Below, piece by piece: positions 1 through 18,459 of a stretch of DNA of 53,510 bases. The notes below the pieces were generated by a model, which was not told the DNA's origin, ran no database searches, and saw nothing but the letters and a program-made list of their open reading frames with translations. The stretch comes from Rotaria socialis (lineage: Eukaryota): NCBI GenBank assembly GCA_905331295.1, contig CAJNYD010000009.1:1-53510 (forward strand), in the 5' to 3' direction. Every line of letters begins with the position of its first letter. Positions within the stretch are counted from its first letter, which is position 1. Made by a program: the position numbers and the translations under genes.

Positions 1-118
1 GTCTAGTTTTTCATGATAATTTTCGTGTTCAGGCATTCTAGAATGACTCATATGTCGCATGCACTTTTTGCAGTACACATAACTCTCGGATGAAATCCGA
101 AGTTTCCACATTTATTTA
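1..118 (+). mobile_element. 3' end of a Helentron/DINE-1-like non-autonomous element (family A), truncated by the window start
   Basis: Exact reverse complement of 1525-1642. Ends CAGTACACATAACTCTCGGATGAAATCCGAAGTTTCCACATTTATTT (subterminal motif, hairpin, T-rich end), homologous to the terminus of the element at 32100-32645. Confidence 0.7.
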
Positions 119-1524
119 ATTACAGACTACACGAAAAAAGCAATGTTTACCCATTACAGACCATAGTAACTAGCTTACGGTAACATTATAGACCATAGAA
201 ACTAGTCTCTACCATTGTTAAATATACGAGCTAACAACTAATATTCCACTGACAGGCACAAGCAAATAGGTAATGATCTAAGTATGGGTTTTGGAAATCA
301 AGGTAGACTTTTCAGGTGAGCTATTTTGATTTATTTTAGTAGGTCTACGGGATATATGTGAGTTCCTCATTTTAGCCCCAAAGGGGCTGCGCTAACAAGC
401 TTTTTATATGCACTACAGCAACGATTATTTATCTCTTCTCAATTATTTTTCATGATTAAACTGGTAATAAATCTGTAAAATAAGAATGTGATGCATATCC
501 AATTTTCTTTTTTCTGTGATAAAAAAAATCTTCGCCATAAACAGTGTCGGCATATTGTTTTAAATAATGTCTAGTTATATAACGTCTCATAGATCTCGTC
601 AAGATCTCAATATCTTGTATACCGTATTAATTGATATTGAATTCTTTTCAAATATGTCTGTTTGAGTATAGTCTAATTATAGTACATGCTAAATAACATA
701 AGCCAAAATGGAGAACAGAAAACATGTAAAAAGAAAAACAAGAAAGACATCAAACACTAGAGAAAAACACGAAAGTAGAAAGAAAAGAAAAAAATAGATT
801 TACATTATGATTCTCATTAGATTTTAGACAGCGAACTCTTTCAAGTCACAGAGTACGTAATATGATGTTGTCTAAAGATTTTGTGAAGATTCGATGAGTT
901 TCTTTCAAAGATATATTAGTCTTCTGTTATATTTCTCTAGTTTATGAAGCTATGTCAGATGCAGTATATGATGAAATATAAGATATAGCAAGCGTATTAC
1001 AGCTGTAAATATTTATTTCACAAGTAATTCGAGCACTTTAAATAATATATATATTTATCTAGCTATAATTGACAGGGAAAAATCTATAAATACACACATA
1101 TACTGACTATATTAGAAAAAAACTGGAGATATGATATGTGCAATAATCGTATTAGGAACATTAGTTACACTATAAGAACGTTTGCATACCATCTACAGAA
1201 GGTGAAAATCAATTAACTTAATGAAAATTTTAGATATCGATTTTTATACTTTATTTTTCTATTCGACTTACTTGAAATTATCTTCAGAAAATCTTTTACT
1301 TTTTGCCAAAATGTTGTTTCATTTTTGTAAGACTTTCTCTTAGTTTTCTTTTGTAGTTCTTTATAATTACCTCTATGCTTCTAAACAACTATGTATACAT
1401 TCTAAATGTGAGTTCTATAGTGCAGTGAAATTTTTCAATCTACATAGAGCCGTGTGAGGCGAATCTGGAAAGTTTGTTTTATACTTTTGTCTTTCGTGCT
1501 CAATATCTTTTTTACTTTAGACGA

Positions 1525-1642
1525 TAAATAAATGTGGAAACTTCGGATTTCATCCGAGAGTTATGTGTACTGCAAAAAGTGCATGCGACATATGAGTCAT
1601 TCTAGAATGCCTGAACACGAAAATTATCATGAAAAACTAGAC
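1525..1642 (-). mobile_element. Second copy of the family A 3' end, in inverted orientation
   Basis: 118/118 reverse-complement match to 1-118, followed closely by an N at 1649 (probable assembly join). Confidence 0.7.
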
Positions 1643-2896
1643 AATTTGNCGGGGAGAGTAGGAGCCGCAAAAATCTCGCTTTTAAACTTATACTCACTAT
1701 TTTCTTCGAAAATATACGTGAGTTTCACGAAATTTGCGCATGATATTCAACTCGTTTAAGAAATCGATTTTTTTCTTGGTGAGATTCGATAATTGACAGC
1801 ACACAAAATGTGTTTGATGAATATTTTTAAGATTACCATTCTTAATCAGTAGGTATTGTCGGGAAAATAGAATTTGTTCATATGGTTGCCAACGTTTTTG
1901 CTGCAGTAATCTATTGCATCGTTCACTAGAATTCATTTTATAGTGAGATGATTTATTTGAAATGAGTTCAATTTGAAACCTTTTTTGATTCAGTTTCAAA
2001 ATATTTTAATAGAAGATGAATTTTAATTAAGTCTTTAACATATTTATATCTACATTAGTTATTTGATCCCATGCATTGATTTAGATATCATTCTAGAGAA
2101 ATTCTTTATAAATATCTAGAAAATATTTTATACAAGTTAAGTATAGGCAAAATTTCAAAAACATTTTGCGAAACTTCACCAGTAAAATCTGTCATTAACA
2201 AGGAATCAACTACACTCAAAACGCTATTGTTGAATGATAATATCATGTTTTTGGTATGTATATTGTGAAAAGTATCACGTTTCGAAGTTAGTGTTACCAA
2301 TAATAACATGATTCTAAAGCTATTATTAACTGTTGTCGACTAGGAAAAGTTTATTGAATCATATAGTTGTTTCTTTGTAGCTTAGATTGAAGTTTGCTTT
2401 TAATATGTATTAAGTTTATCAGTATATACTGTGAGCTCAAATATTTGTACAGAAAAGCTCTAAGTTATAATGGTCTCTACCCAACAGCTATAGTTAACGT
2501 CAATTTTCTTTGGTATGTTAGATGAAAACAGCTATCTTTATGCAGCATCTTATCATGACAAAATACTTAAAAAACCAAAATACATCTATTTTTCTCTCCG
2601 ATTATACTGTTCAATACTACAGTAGTAGTTGCTAACTAGACTTTTTCACTATTGCAAACACTGTACGAATGTCAATTAAGATAAAGTGTTCGTCAAGAGT
2701 CTAAAGTATTGGTCTATATATAGCAGTATTTCGAATAGCTCCTAACTTCGAAAAAAGATAAAACCAATGGAGATCATCACCTCTCATGTGTCTGTATCAG
2801 AATCTTGGTAAGGTGCATAGGAAATTAAATGAATTTTGAATGTATTCATAGAAAATATTTAATTAAATATAACTCTTTTATTAGGTACCATTAACA

Positions 2897-5800
2897 ATGA
2901 CAAATATATCAACAGCAGCAACAAAAACATCGGCCATTAATTTACCGGAAAATTATTATAAATTTCGCAAAATACATAATATTCTGGCTCAAATTTTCCT
3001 TCCCTATATCTCCGTTATAGTTTGTCTTGGTCTTATTACTAATACATTAACTATCGTACTTTTATCCAAAGGTTTTGTAACAAAAGATCTTAAACACAAA
3101 TGGACATTGATTGCATTAGGTGAATATATATCAGGATATTATTAGTTTATATTCCTAATTTAGAGTTTTCTTTATTGCTCTTTGTTTCCATGATTGTCGA
3201 TTTCTTCGCAGGTCAAAATCGATTGGATATCAATGTGGCCTTTAAGTTAACACAGAAGAAAAAAAAGTTTCACATATTAGATACCAAATATATTGATAGT
3301 GTATTTAAGAAACGAACTTTCTAATGTTATTTTCTAAACATAATTGATAACTAGAAACAGAAAAAAAAATAGTAGTCATGTTTTTCTATGATTGTAGTTA
3401 ATCAAAAATAATATATACATACTGAAAAACAATATTGAAATAATCATATGGAACAATAACTTTTCTTGCGCAAATAAAAACTTCGTATCATACCACTTAC
3501 TGTAATTATACTATTTGTGCATTAGTAATGAGGTTAGATCGACAAAAACATCTATCACAAATCATTAATATTCCGTTATGCAGTGATTATAGTTTTCTTT
3601 TTTATTTTCAATAAATTCGAGTTTTTTCTTCTGCCAAAAAAAACAATTTATTATTAAAAGTGATTTGCCATAAAAATGTTCAATCAATTTAGCATGCATA
3701 GTTATCCTTATTTGTATTCGTAGATTAAACATGTTTTGTTTCTCTTCGTTTCAGTCTTACATATTAAAAATAATTTGAAAACCAATCTCCAATAAGATAT
3801 TTATAATGTCAAACAGTTAATCGAATCTTCTACATTTCAATTCTCATGAAATAATTTGAAAAATATCTTTTTTGCATACACATAAGAATTATGCATGCAT
3901 GTCAATGACTATACATTATTACTTTTCTATACAACTAATAACTATTGTATGCGTGACAATAACAAACACGTTCATGTAGAAATAAGAAGATTATATTGAG
4001 AGTGTGATGTATATCATGCAGCGTTCTTTAAAAACAAAACGTACTGTCATATAGGTATAAGATAATTAAGCTAGATTGTCACAGGATTTTAAAATAATAT
4101 TCATCTTGTTATAATGAGCTGTACGCGAAAACTTGTTTCAAATATAACTTTTCTAAAAGAATAGACTGTTTGTGCATGAACTTTTTCGATTATTTTATAC
4201 AAATAGATTTAGAATAAGTATCATTTATAATGAAGTCTATTCTAGTAAAAATTAAATCATTTTTATTTTCTTCTATCTTTTTGTTTAGCTCTCAGTGATC
4301 TTGTTCACAATATTGCTTTATTAATTCGAGTTATTCATGATGTCATTGATGGAAAAATTGAATATATTTGCATTGCCATTTCTTTTCTTAGCCATTTAGC
4401 GGAATTACTTTCAGCTTGTTTCACCGTTTTATTCACCGTGCAACGTTATGCAGCTGTTCGTTATCCATTACAAGCAGCTTTTCGAACAAGATCATCACCA
4501 ATTGCTTTTCTCCTGCCAGTTTTTATATGTAGCATAATATTTTGTATTGCATTATCGTATTTCAATTTATACATCCATTGTCATGAAGAATTGAAATTAA
4601 GTTGGTTCTTTGCTGATGCATTGTTATCATTTATCATTCCATTTTCACTCATTCTAATATTCAATATATTAATTGTCAATTTAATTCGAAAACATGCACG
4701 TTCACCTTTTACTGCACAAGCAACGTTATTACCAGCGAATAGACGTGCCAAAAATAATATACGTTATAAGTTTAGAAAAAATAATCATTCAAAAGAGAGT
4801 TTTTCAATAACTGGCTCATATGGTGTTGCACGTACTTCACATGGCACATTAATTGAAACAGATGTTGATAGAAGCTTAAGCTCAAGTATTTCATTGATGA
4901 AGAATAATAAAAGTAATACTTCATCAATAAGAATGACACCACGATCACCATGTAGCATTTCAAATGAAACGGAATTTCAAGCAAGTGAACAGTCATTTCC
5001 TATAGTATGTATCTTAGCAATAATTAAATAGACTAACTTGGTCGAGACAAATAGAAACAATCTTTTTCGTTTGCATACATCCTTCATAGAAGGCAATTTA
5101 CAGCTACTGGAGTAACTAAGAGCAAGTGTCTAACTGGAACGCCAGACTATCAATAATAGTTGTTATCCTAACAATGGAAAAAAGTAAAAACATAAACATT
5201 ACAATCTTTGACACTATTTATTGTATAGACTTCTGTCAATATTATGGAGCAGTAACTTTATAACTGATATCCTATGGTTACATCACAAGCTAAAGTCTAC
5301 TTTTTATGCATAAGTGAGAGTAAAAAGCTGCAACTAGTTTAGGTCGTTGAGGAAGATAGAATAAATAACATTTTTCATATTTTGTATAGTAGAATATTTA
5401 GTAATAAATTGATAAATCAATGGTATTTTATAAGGCGACACAAATGAATCGATGCGTATGCCTTTTGCTAAATGAAAATATCCTATAAAAAAGATCGATA
5501 TGTTAATTAAATATTTTTCTATATTCCGCCATGCATATTTTATTTCAAAAAAATAATAATTATTGTAGCTGTCAGCGTTTTAACTGTCTTAAGCGTTCAA
5601 GCGTAAGTGAATTGAAATACATATAGCGTAAACAACAATCTTGAAGCTTATTGGAAACGAAAAAACTAAATGAACTGAAAACAAATGAGAAGGAAATCAA
5701 ACAAATGTAATTACCGGCTTGATAAAAAATTATGAAAACTACTATTGGATTTCGTATAAAATATGTTGCAGTATTACAGAAAAAAGCTCAATATCAACTA

Positions 5801-6600
5801 AAAGCAACATGATTCTAGATGATGTTTAAGGAATACATCGGTAGCAGATTCTTTTCTTTAAAAGCATATTTTTAATGATGAAAAATAATTTTTTTCTTTA
5901 ATAAAAATTTTTATTTAATTTATCGAATCCTTCGAGATTTTCATTTTGAATAAGAATATTAATGAAACTTGTATTTTTTTTTATTTAGTTACCACCAGAA
6001 AGAGTAAATTCAGATTGTTTACCAAATACTCATTCAGTGTCGACTTCACCCCAAACTAATAAACCAGACCAGGATGTTCAACGAAAAAGCCAACATAGAT
6101 CTTCGAATATAAATCCTTCACGAAGAGTATCGCATCTATCAAACGATTTAGATTTTATTTCCAATAAAAGTTCACAAGCAACACAATCCATTCGTGTTAC
6201 ACGTATGCTGGTACTTGTTTCTACTTGTTTTCTTATACTTAATGCACCAACACATTTATGTATTATTGCTTTAAAAATTTATACCGGTTTTGATTTTCAA
6301 GTCTATAATGAACATGCAGAGCTTGATAAATTTAGACAAGCAAAAAATTTAACAAGTACTCAATTGCAAAATTTTGTTTTTGTTCAAGAGAAAAATAATA
6401 AAATGGTTGAAAACAAACTTGTATTAGACTATGGTATGGATATTATTGATGACCCAATAACGGTTCATTTATTCTATACCGCCATTTTATTCACACAATT
6501 GATATCATATGCATCTTATTCGATCAATTTTTTTCTTTATTCTTTTAGTGGTGTTGCATTTCGAACACGTCTCAAACAAATTTTTAATAAATTGCGTTGA
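2897..6600 (+). CDS. Class A (rhodopsin-like) GPCR, probable peptide receptor; exons 2897-3119, 4289-5004, 5989-6600 (~516 aa)
   Basis: The exons join in frame at GT-AG sites. TM1 GLITN, TM2 LIALALSDL, TM3 ending TVQRYAAVRYPL, TM5 FIIPFSLILIFN, TM6 CFLILNAP, TM7 SINFFLY. Confidence 0.9.
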
Positions 6601-9014
6601 CATTATAGTTTATATTGTAAACTGAATGTCTATTTATTTTTCGTGACAACAATGTAACTCTTTCGTTCGTTTCTGTGTAATAAAATAAATCAAAAATGAT
6701 GAAAAACTACATAACCTATCAAAATTACAATGACATTCGAAATCGTTTTAAATAATCTATAGAGTATTGTATTCCATGTAAATAATAATAAAGATTTAGC
6801 ACAGTGATTGTTTATTTATCAGAAAAAAAAAGCCAAAGAACTGAACTATTATTGATACGACTATCATTGTAATATAATTACTTTACTTTAATGCACAATA
6901 ATGATACGAGACCAATTCACTTCCGATTGGAATTTCCATTTTTAGAAAGTTATTTTTTGAATTAGTTCTCTTAGTAAAGACAAATGCAAAAATGTGTTTT
7001 TTTCAAATGACTAAAACCTAAAAATCAATTAATTATCAAATCTTTTTTTTTGACCTGTAGATTTATTGTCCCTATCATATAAGGTTGACATTTTAATTAT
7101 CAAATCTTCAGTGAATATCTCTCAAACTATCTGGGTAAAGAGTCTAAAAACTTGATGATAAAATTTAAAGTCTATTGTGATGTTCATGGAAATATTTTCA
7201 GCAAAATAAAATTGGAAAAATAGGCTTCACACTAAAAAAAGAACTATTTTCTATAGATTCTACCAAACTTTGAAACAAAACTTTTATTTTCCCACTGTTG
7301 ACAGATTCTACAAAAGAACTTGTACTGTTTGGAATGAATTATAAACTTTGCATTCGATTGCAGAACCCGTTTTTCGTTGGTATGCATGTCTTTTCTCATT
7401 CTACTAATGAGAGATAGATTAAATTTTTTCTTTTTGAAAAATACTCATAAAAAATTTTCAATGTAGAATTTATATTCGTAAGAGTTTTCTATCGACTGTA
7501 ATATTTTGCTGTTGAAAATGCTTCATTAATTCAAAAATTTTTAAAGTACTTAAATATATGTAGTGAAATGATATGTTGCCGTTTATGTCACGTTGCTACT
7601 CGTAGTTGGTTTACTAATGATTCTTTTGGAAAACAATTTCCCGCGTACTACTTAACATATATGAAACATATAAAGATAATTTTGACGAAAATTTATCATT
7701 CCGATTTACAACTAATTTTGATTTTGCTGAATAAATTTCCTAAATAATTCTATATAAACTAATAATATGCACGTAGCTAGATGAATTTTGATTAATATAT
7801 CAATTTACTTAAAAGAAAATCATATGTTCCCAGTAGAACAGTTTGTTTTGTATAAATACAATGAAAAAAGAACATTATATGCTACAAGCAATACTTCATC
7901 GTATGTACATCAGAACAACACAGAAGTATGTTTGTACTCGGTTTTTATTTGATTCTAGCATCTAACATAGGATTTTCATTCTTGCAATAAAGTTTACAAG
8001 AAAATTAGATTACATCTAATTGGAAAACAAAATTCATGTACATTGTAAAGCGTTATTCAAGATCTGCAGATATGATGTACTAATACATTTTAACTAATTT
8101 ATTCGAGTTCTCTAGATTTCTAGACATCCACTGACGTGAGATACAAGTATGGTTGATACTGGTGAACATTTTTGTCTATTGAAAAACTTCTTAAAAGGCT
8201 ACATTGATACGTCCTTGGCTTGAGTTTTATTTATCGAGATATATATTCAATTGATCCGAACCAATCAAATTTAGGTTTCGGCTAAAATTTTGGTCAAACT
8301 TAAAACATGTCATGTTCGGATCAGCTTTACACATAATTAAATGAATCTGAACCTATTAATTCTCCAGAAAAACCTAGTAGTTTTTTCTTCAATTGTAAAA
8401 GAACTTGATTATTAGCTAATTAAAAGCCATTTGTAGGTTTTTTCATCTTTCAAACAAAGTCTATCTTACTTGTCTATGCTAACAATATATCATTACAAGT
8501 GCATTAACACTATCGTATATCTAATCTTAAATGTGAGAGAGTAGCGATAAGGCAGAAAATAAAAAATTAATTTGACTAATTTCATATTAGATCTCGAGAG
8601 AGATCCTATGTTGATGAAATCCAATTGACATACTATAATAATTAGTGAGAAATTATGTATGAATGTACTTGATGTTTGAATAGTATGTCAGCTGCAATCA
8701 ATCTGTTCTTTGTTCGAAAAAGCCTATTCTTATTGATTTCTTAGATTTTCATCAAATTTATTTAATGAAAAATGAACAGCTACATGATTGTATTTATTAA
8801 CACACTCGTTCTTTTGTACTGTTTGTGACAGAAAAACCAAAGCGAAGAAAAAACACACATTGAGAAAAGAAAAAGAAATTTAATCACACTACTAAACAGA
8901 ATATGAATGAGAAACGAAAATAAAACTTCACCTGTACATTCAAATGCACGCTCAATTACACAATTTAATGAAATAAATTAGTATTCTCACATTGAATGAC
9001 AACAATCAAACGTT

Positions 9015-13310
<4,296 letters not shown>

Positions 13311-16300
13311 GACACGCTGATCAAATATCTTTCATAGTTGAAGAAAGTTTAAGGAAAAAATATCTAGAAAAGTTATAAAAATTATTTTTTGTTAATCGAT
13401 CATTAAAACATGCTTTGTCTTGGATGCATAAAAATAATAAAATGAAATATAGTTTTGAACATGTTTTATTTTAATCAATAGAATACGTCATTTTAATTCA
13501 ATGATCAATCTTTATGTTGGATCAGAATTATACAATCATAAGTATTATTCCTTGATATTGCGAACTAATAAGTAGATAATGATGTTCTACCGAACGTCAA
13601 TAATAATTATATGCATATTAAGTTATCAATTTTTTCATTGATATATCAGGAAAAATGAGTTGAATTGATGAATATCATGAATCACCATATCTAAACAAGC
13701 AAACAGCAATAGAATAAAAATTTGTTTAATTTAGTCTACATTTTCGAACACAATATTAAACTGTTTGTCGACGAGCAGAATGTTATTTGATTAATTTATT
13801 AGAATATTAAATAGTTTTAGTTTTATTGCTCAGTTTTAAAAATCAATTAATTAAACCATTGATTTACTTCTCTTGCTATTTTGCTGTTGAATATTCCTTC
13901 TTCATGCGATGTAAATGATCCCCATTAACCTGTGAAGACAATTATTTGATTTTAGTATCGCTATTTTGATAAATTACTAACTGTGCATGATTTAATTCTT
14001 TTTTTTTCAAAAGATTATTAATTTTTAGGACCGAACATTAGCATTTAATAAATGTTTGTTCGATACCATTGATGTTTCAAAGAAAAGATAGACACTTGAA
14101 CAAAAGTATTAGGTATTATTTATTAAAATGACCAAAATAATGAAGTAATACTAGAGAAATAATGACAAATGATCACAAATAAATAAAGTAGATATATTTT
14201 TCCTGTAACAAATCGAAAATTTATATCAGTTTGAATAATAAGCGAATAGAAATTATGTCAAAAGATGTCTCTACAATGCTAATCGAAAATTACGATTCTT
14301 TACATATAACTATTTAATCATATATAATGAGTTCATTGAGATTCAAACAAAACATCGATGCTTTTGCTTTCTAAATTGACATTGATTAGCTAATTATGAG
14401 AGCGCGCATTGCAATCACTCATTGCTGCATGAAATTTATCCGTTTATGAATTTAAGCTTACTGTGGTTTTATCCTGGTGTTGACTCGTCTTCGTTTCGTA
14501 TCCCCCTACTACACACACAACTATATATATTTCTCATCCGCTGACTTATTTATCTAAATTATTCTTTTTATATTACTAAATTTGATAAACTTTTTAATGG
14601 CACCTATAGTGTGAATTAGTAATTCTCCATCATCACACATTCTTCTGTAACTTTTAAAAGTATAGGTTTAACCATGTATTTGAGAAACTGAATTGATTTG
14701 TCATCTAAATTGAATAATCAACAACAAGGTGATTATATGATTAGAATCTTTATCAAAAAAAAAACACTACCATTTCCGATTGATACAAGTATGTACAAGT
14801 CGATGTTATGAAACACAAAACATGTTACAGATACTTCACCATTACCTATTGAACGCAACATCATTTTTCTCAAATACTACGACGTAACTTTCATATTGTT
14901 GATGAGATAAAATAAAAGGTAAATTGTTTATATGGACAAATCTCAATAGTTAATTACTAGAAGAAAAAAAACGCTAGTTCAGAATCACCAAAACAATCTG
15001 CAAATACGATTGATCACAGAATAAAGAACAAATATGGATGATAAAGGCTTAAAACGAAATTGATATATTACGTTAAATATTATTTTACGTTTCACATTTC
15101 ATGTATAGGTGTCTCCTCTTTTTATTCTTCTAGAAAAGATATCTACATACAATGTTACTACTTAAAATTGACTTGTACTTGTCGTAATTTATGATGATAA
15201 TTAAACTGGGCATTTTTTATTAAAATTATTTTTGAAACTAGTTTACTTTTCGTGTGGTTTCAACGAACGTGTAAGTAGACTTACGAAATTAGTAAAGAGA
15301 TGATACTTGAACAATATCACTCAATGGTACTGAATGAATTGATCTCAACAGAAACTAAGATACATTCATCGCATGTCATATACGGTCACACTATTTCTAT
15401 ATCAGCTACTCGAAAACTATTCGTAGCACAACATAATAGTCTAAAAGTGTTGAGCAACAAATTGGCAGCTACAATGTTCATTGCCTCCGTGCTGGATTCA
15501 CTACAGTTCGAGCTAAGAAATACAATCATTATCGTCTAAAACTGACATTGCTTTTTAATTCCTATTTTTTTCAACAGTTTAACAACGACAACGATGAACA
15601 TGATATTGGGTGTTCTCGTTAAATACAGTTTACGAAGCTGAAGAGTTGCTTGTAGGTATACTACTTTGTTGAATTTTAATGATTTCATTATGGGATTCAC
15701 ATCATATTTAATGTTAAAAAATTATATTTATGAAACAAAGAAATTCGCCAAGTAGTATTCTATGACTACGTCAGAACCTAATAGAATTCCAAATAATGAA
15801 CGCTATTTATTTAGGAAAATACACAATTTAGACTTTAAAGAAATATTCTACTTTCTACTCATTCTGCAGTTTAGAACTATAGTGGAACGACTTTTTTTGA
15901 TGCAGTTCTAGGATAGCTTCTTTTTTCTCTTCATTCGTGAAAGAATCCACAATTGATTACATGAATACATTTTTTTTCAAATGGCGACTCAATGCGACAT
16001 CTACAGAATAACTTCCTATATGTGCTTGTTTCAGAAAATCAATAAATAACAAAAACTAAATAAAAAGTTGAAAAATGTAATTAAAAAAAAATTCATAATA
16101 CTACATGAAAAGTGTTCAAAAGAGATCACAATTCGTTTAATAATTCTTTATCATTAATCGACATTTGTTTCTGTCTATCTGTCTATTCGTTAATTTATTT
16201 GTTTGTTTATTGATATTTTGTTGCACTGTCAGAAGAAATAGAACGAAGAAAGCACTCATTTTTTTTCTGATTTTTCAGATTCAAACTATTGTGTATTTGT

Positions 16301-16318
16301 ATGTCAATTGCGTAAAGA

Positions 16319-17866
16319 ATGAGTTCTGAACGTTCAATTTCACCCGATCCATTACCAAGATCGCACTCTCATCAAAATGTTGTCGCTGTAGATGGTAAAG
16401 AAAGTAATAGTCGCACTGCTCGTCAGTCATCATCGACAGCAACACAAAAGCGTCGTCGAGAGAGTCCAACGTAAAAGAAAAAAAAGATTTTTGTTTTTGA
16501 AACATGAAAATTGATTTTGTTTTTATTTTTCAAGCCGTAGTCCAACACCAGTATCACCACGGTCGCCTGTATCACGATCACCAAGTCGCAGTTCGGTTGA
16601 AGGTTCAAAATCACCTGCTCCTCGTAAAGACAATCAACGGTCACCATCACCACCTCGTCAATCAAGTTCATCGGTAAAACGACGTCGTCATAAAGATGGC
16701 GGCGATTCTGGTCGACATATTTGTGAAATCTGTTCAAACGATGTTGAAGCGGCAAAACGCTTGTTTGGCGTACTTGATAATTGCGATCATATTTTGTAAT
16801 TTATTTAAAAAGAAACCATAATAGCTCAATAATACAAAGTATAATTTTAGCTGTTATGAATGTATCGTGTCATGGAAACGTTCGAAATATAGCAATGCTG
16901 AATCGGAAAGGTACAGATAGCATTTATTAAAAAAAAAGATATTATATAAAAAAAAGCATTGTTTTCAGCTGTCCAGTATGCAAAGTTCGTTCAGCATTTA
17001 TAACACCAAGTAAACATTGGTATGATAATAAAGATGACAAGTATCGTCTTGTTAAGAAGCATAAAAGTCATTTGAAGTAAGTTTTATTTTTAATCTGCTA
17101 TTATTTATTACAATGAATTATGAAGTTAGTGAAAGAGAGAAACAATTTAAAACAAAATGAAAATCCAATTAGCCAAAAAAAGAAAATCTTATCGCATATT
17201 TATAAATTAAAGATGATAGTTATCTTCACTCTCTCATTCTTCTAGGCCTGTGCCTTTATTCGTCGCTCGAGTTCTTCCTCAGATTAAGTTTATTAATCTT
17301 AAACAGATTTACTTTAATTAATATTGATTATTATTTAAACGAGTATCATTTATTTACGCTGGCTTGTTAGAAATATTTATATCCAGTTATCTTTGGCAGA
17401 TCAAACAAAATATCTTATATATATATTTACTTTTTAATGCCAAAAGATTTTCAATTGTATGTATAGATGTGCTGTGATTTTTATCTTTACCAGTATAAGC
17501 TTAAAAAACGTTTGTATACTCTCAAATATTTTCTAATTTTCTTCTTCTTTTCTATTGCATAATTGAATATTTATTCATTTTTTTTAAATTTCAAGGACAC
17601 TTCCTTGCCGTTATTATCTACGTCATGGCTTCTGTCGTTATTCGGATCGATGCTTCTATGATCATCATGAAGCAGCTAAACAATATCGACAACAACATCA
17701 ACATTCAAGAGATCGTGATCGTGACAGAGATCGAGACCGTGAACGTGATCGTTATCATAGTTCACATAATGGTAGTCGTTCACACCATTATTCGCCATCA
17801 CCACCACCACCACCGGCATCATCAAGTCGATATTCATCTTCTCGTTATCGTGAACGGGCCTATTAA
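16319..17866 (+). CDS. Makorin-like C3HC4 RING + C-terminal CCCH zinc-finger protein with RS/SP-rich and RD-rich tails; exons 16319-16470, 16535-16795, 16851-16910, 16969-17076, 17596-17866 (~283 aa)
   Basis: Spliced translation gives CEIC...KRLFGVLDNCDHIFCYECIVSWK...SCPVCKVRSAFITPSKHW...K...CRYYLRHGFCRYSDRCFYDH (C-x8-C-x5-C-x3-H), matching the makorin RING/C-terminal finger pattern. The ORF track misses it. Confidence 0.85.
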
Positions 17867-18459
17867 TATTTGTTTATTTTGATTTGTCATGATTATCATC
17901 GAAGATTTTCGCTTAGAAAACTTGATCAACATGATACAGGAAAAAAAGGAACAATAAACAAGAAAATAAATTCATCTTTGTATATGTCATTGATTAAAAA
18001 TTCATGAAAGAAAAAATGCTTTTGTTTTGTTTTTCCACTATGTGTTTTCTTCTTTTTTTTGTTGCTGTTAACATAATGCCCATTAGAGATTTTCATTTCG
18101 TTGTTGTTCTTGTTGTTCGTTCATCTTTTTTTCATTTTTGTCTAATGTCTCTTCTCCCGATTATCATATATATTCATTCGAATCTCGTTGTTCGATGGCA
18201 CATATGCATTAACCATAAAATCAAAAAAAAAACAATTGTGTTGTTTATTTGTCTTGTAGATAACATTAGAAAAAAGTGACATCAGGCGATACATCTAAAT
18301 CATTTGCTTCAGTAACTGCTAATACTAAAGAGACATCAGGATCATGTTCAATGGATAATAAAGGATTTCAAACAAGACATACTTGATACGATTAAATTTT
18401 GAATATTGTTATTGATAAAGATACGAAATAACTAACGAGATCGTTGTTTAGTAGAGATT

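Noticed and set aside
1532..1999. ORFs at 1532-1759 and 1697-1999
   Set aside because: They overlap repeat sequence and an assembly N, and show no protein similarity I can recognise.
17625..17882. ORF with a poly-His run
   Set aside because: Wrong frame of the makorin-like last exon; the spliced frame encodes the CCCH finger, RD repeats and poly-Pro.
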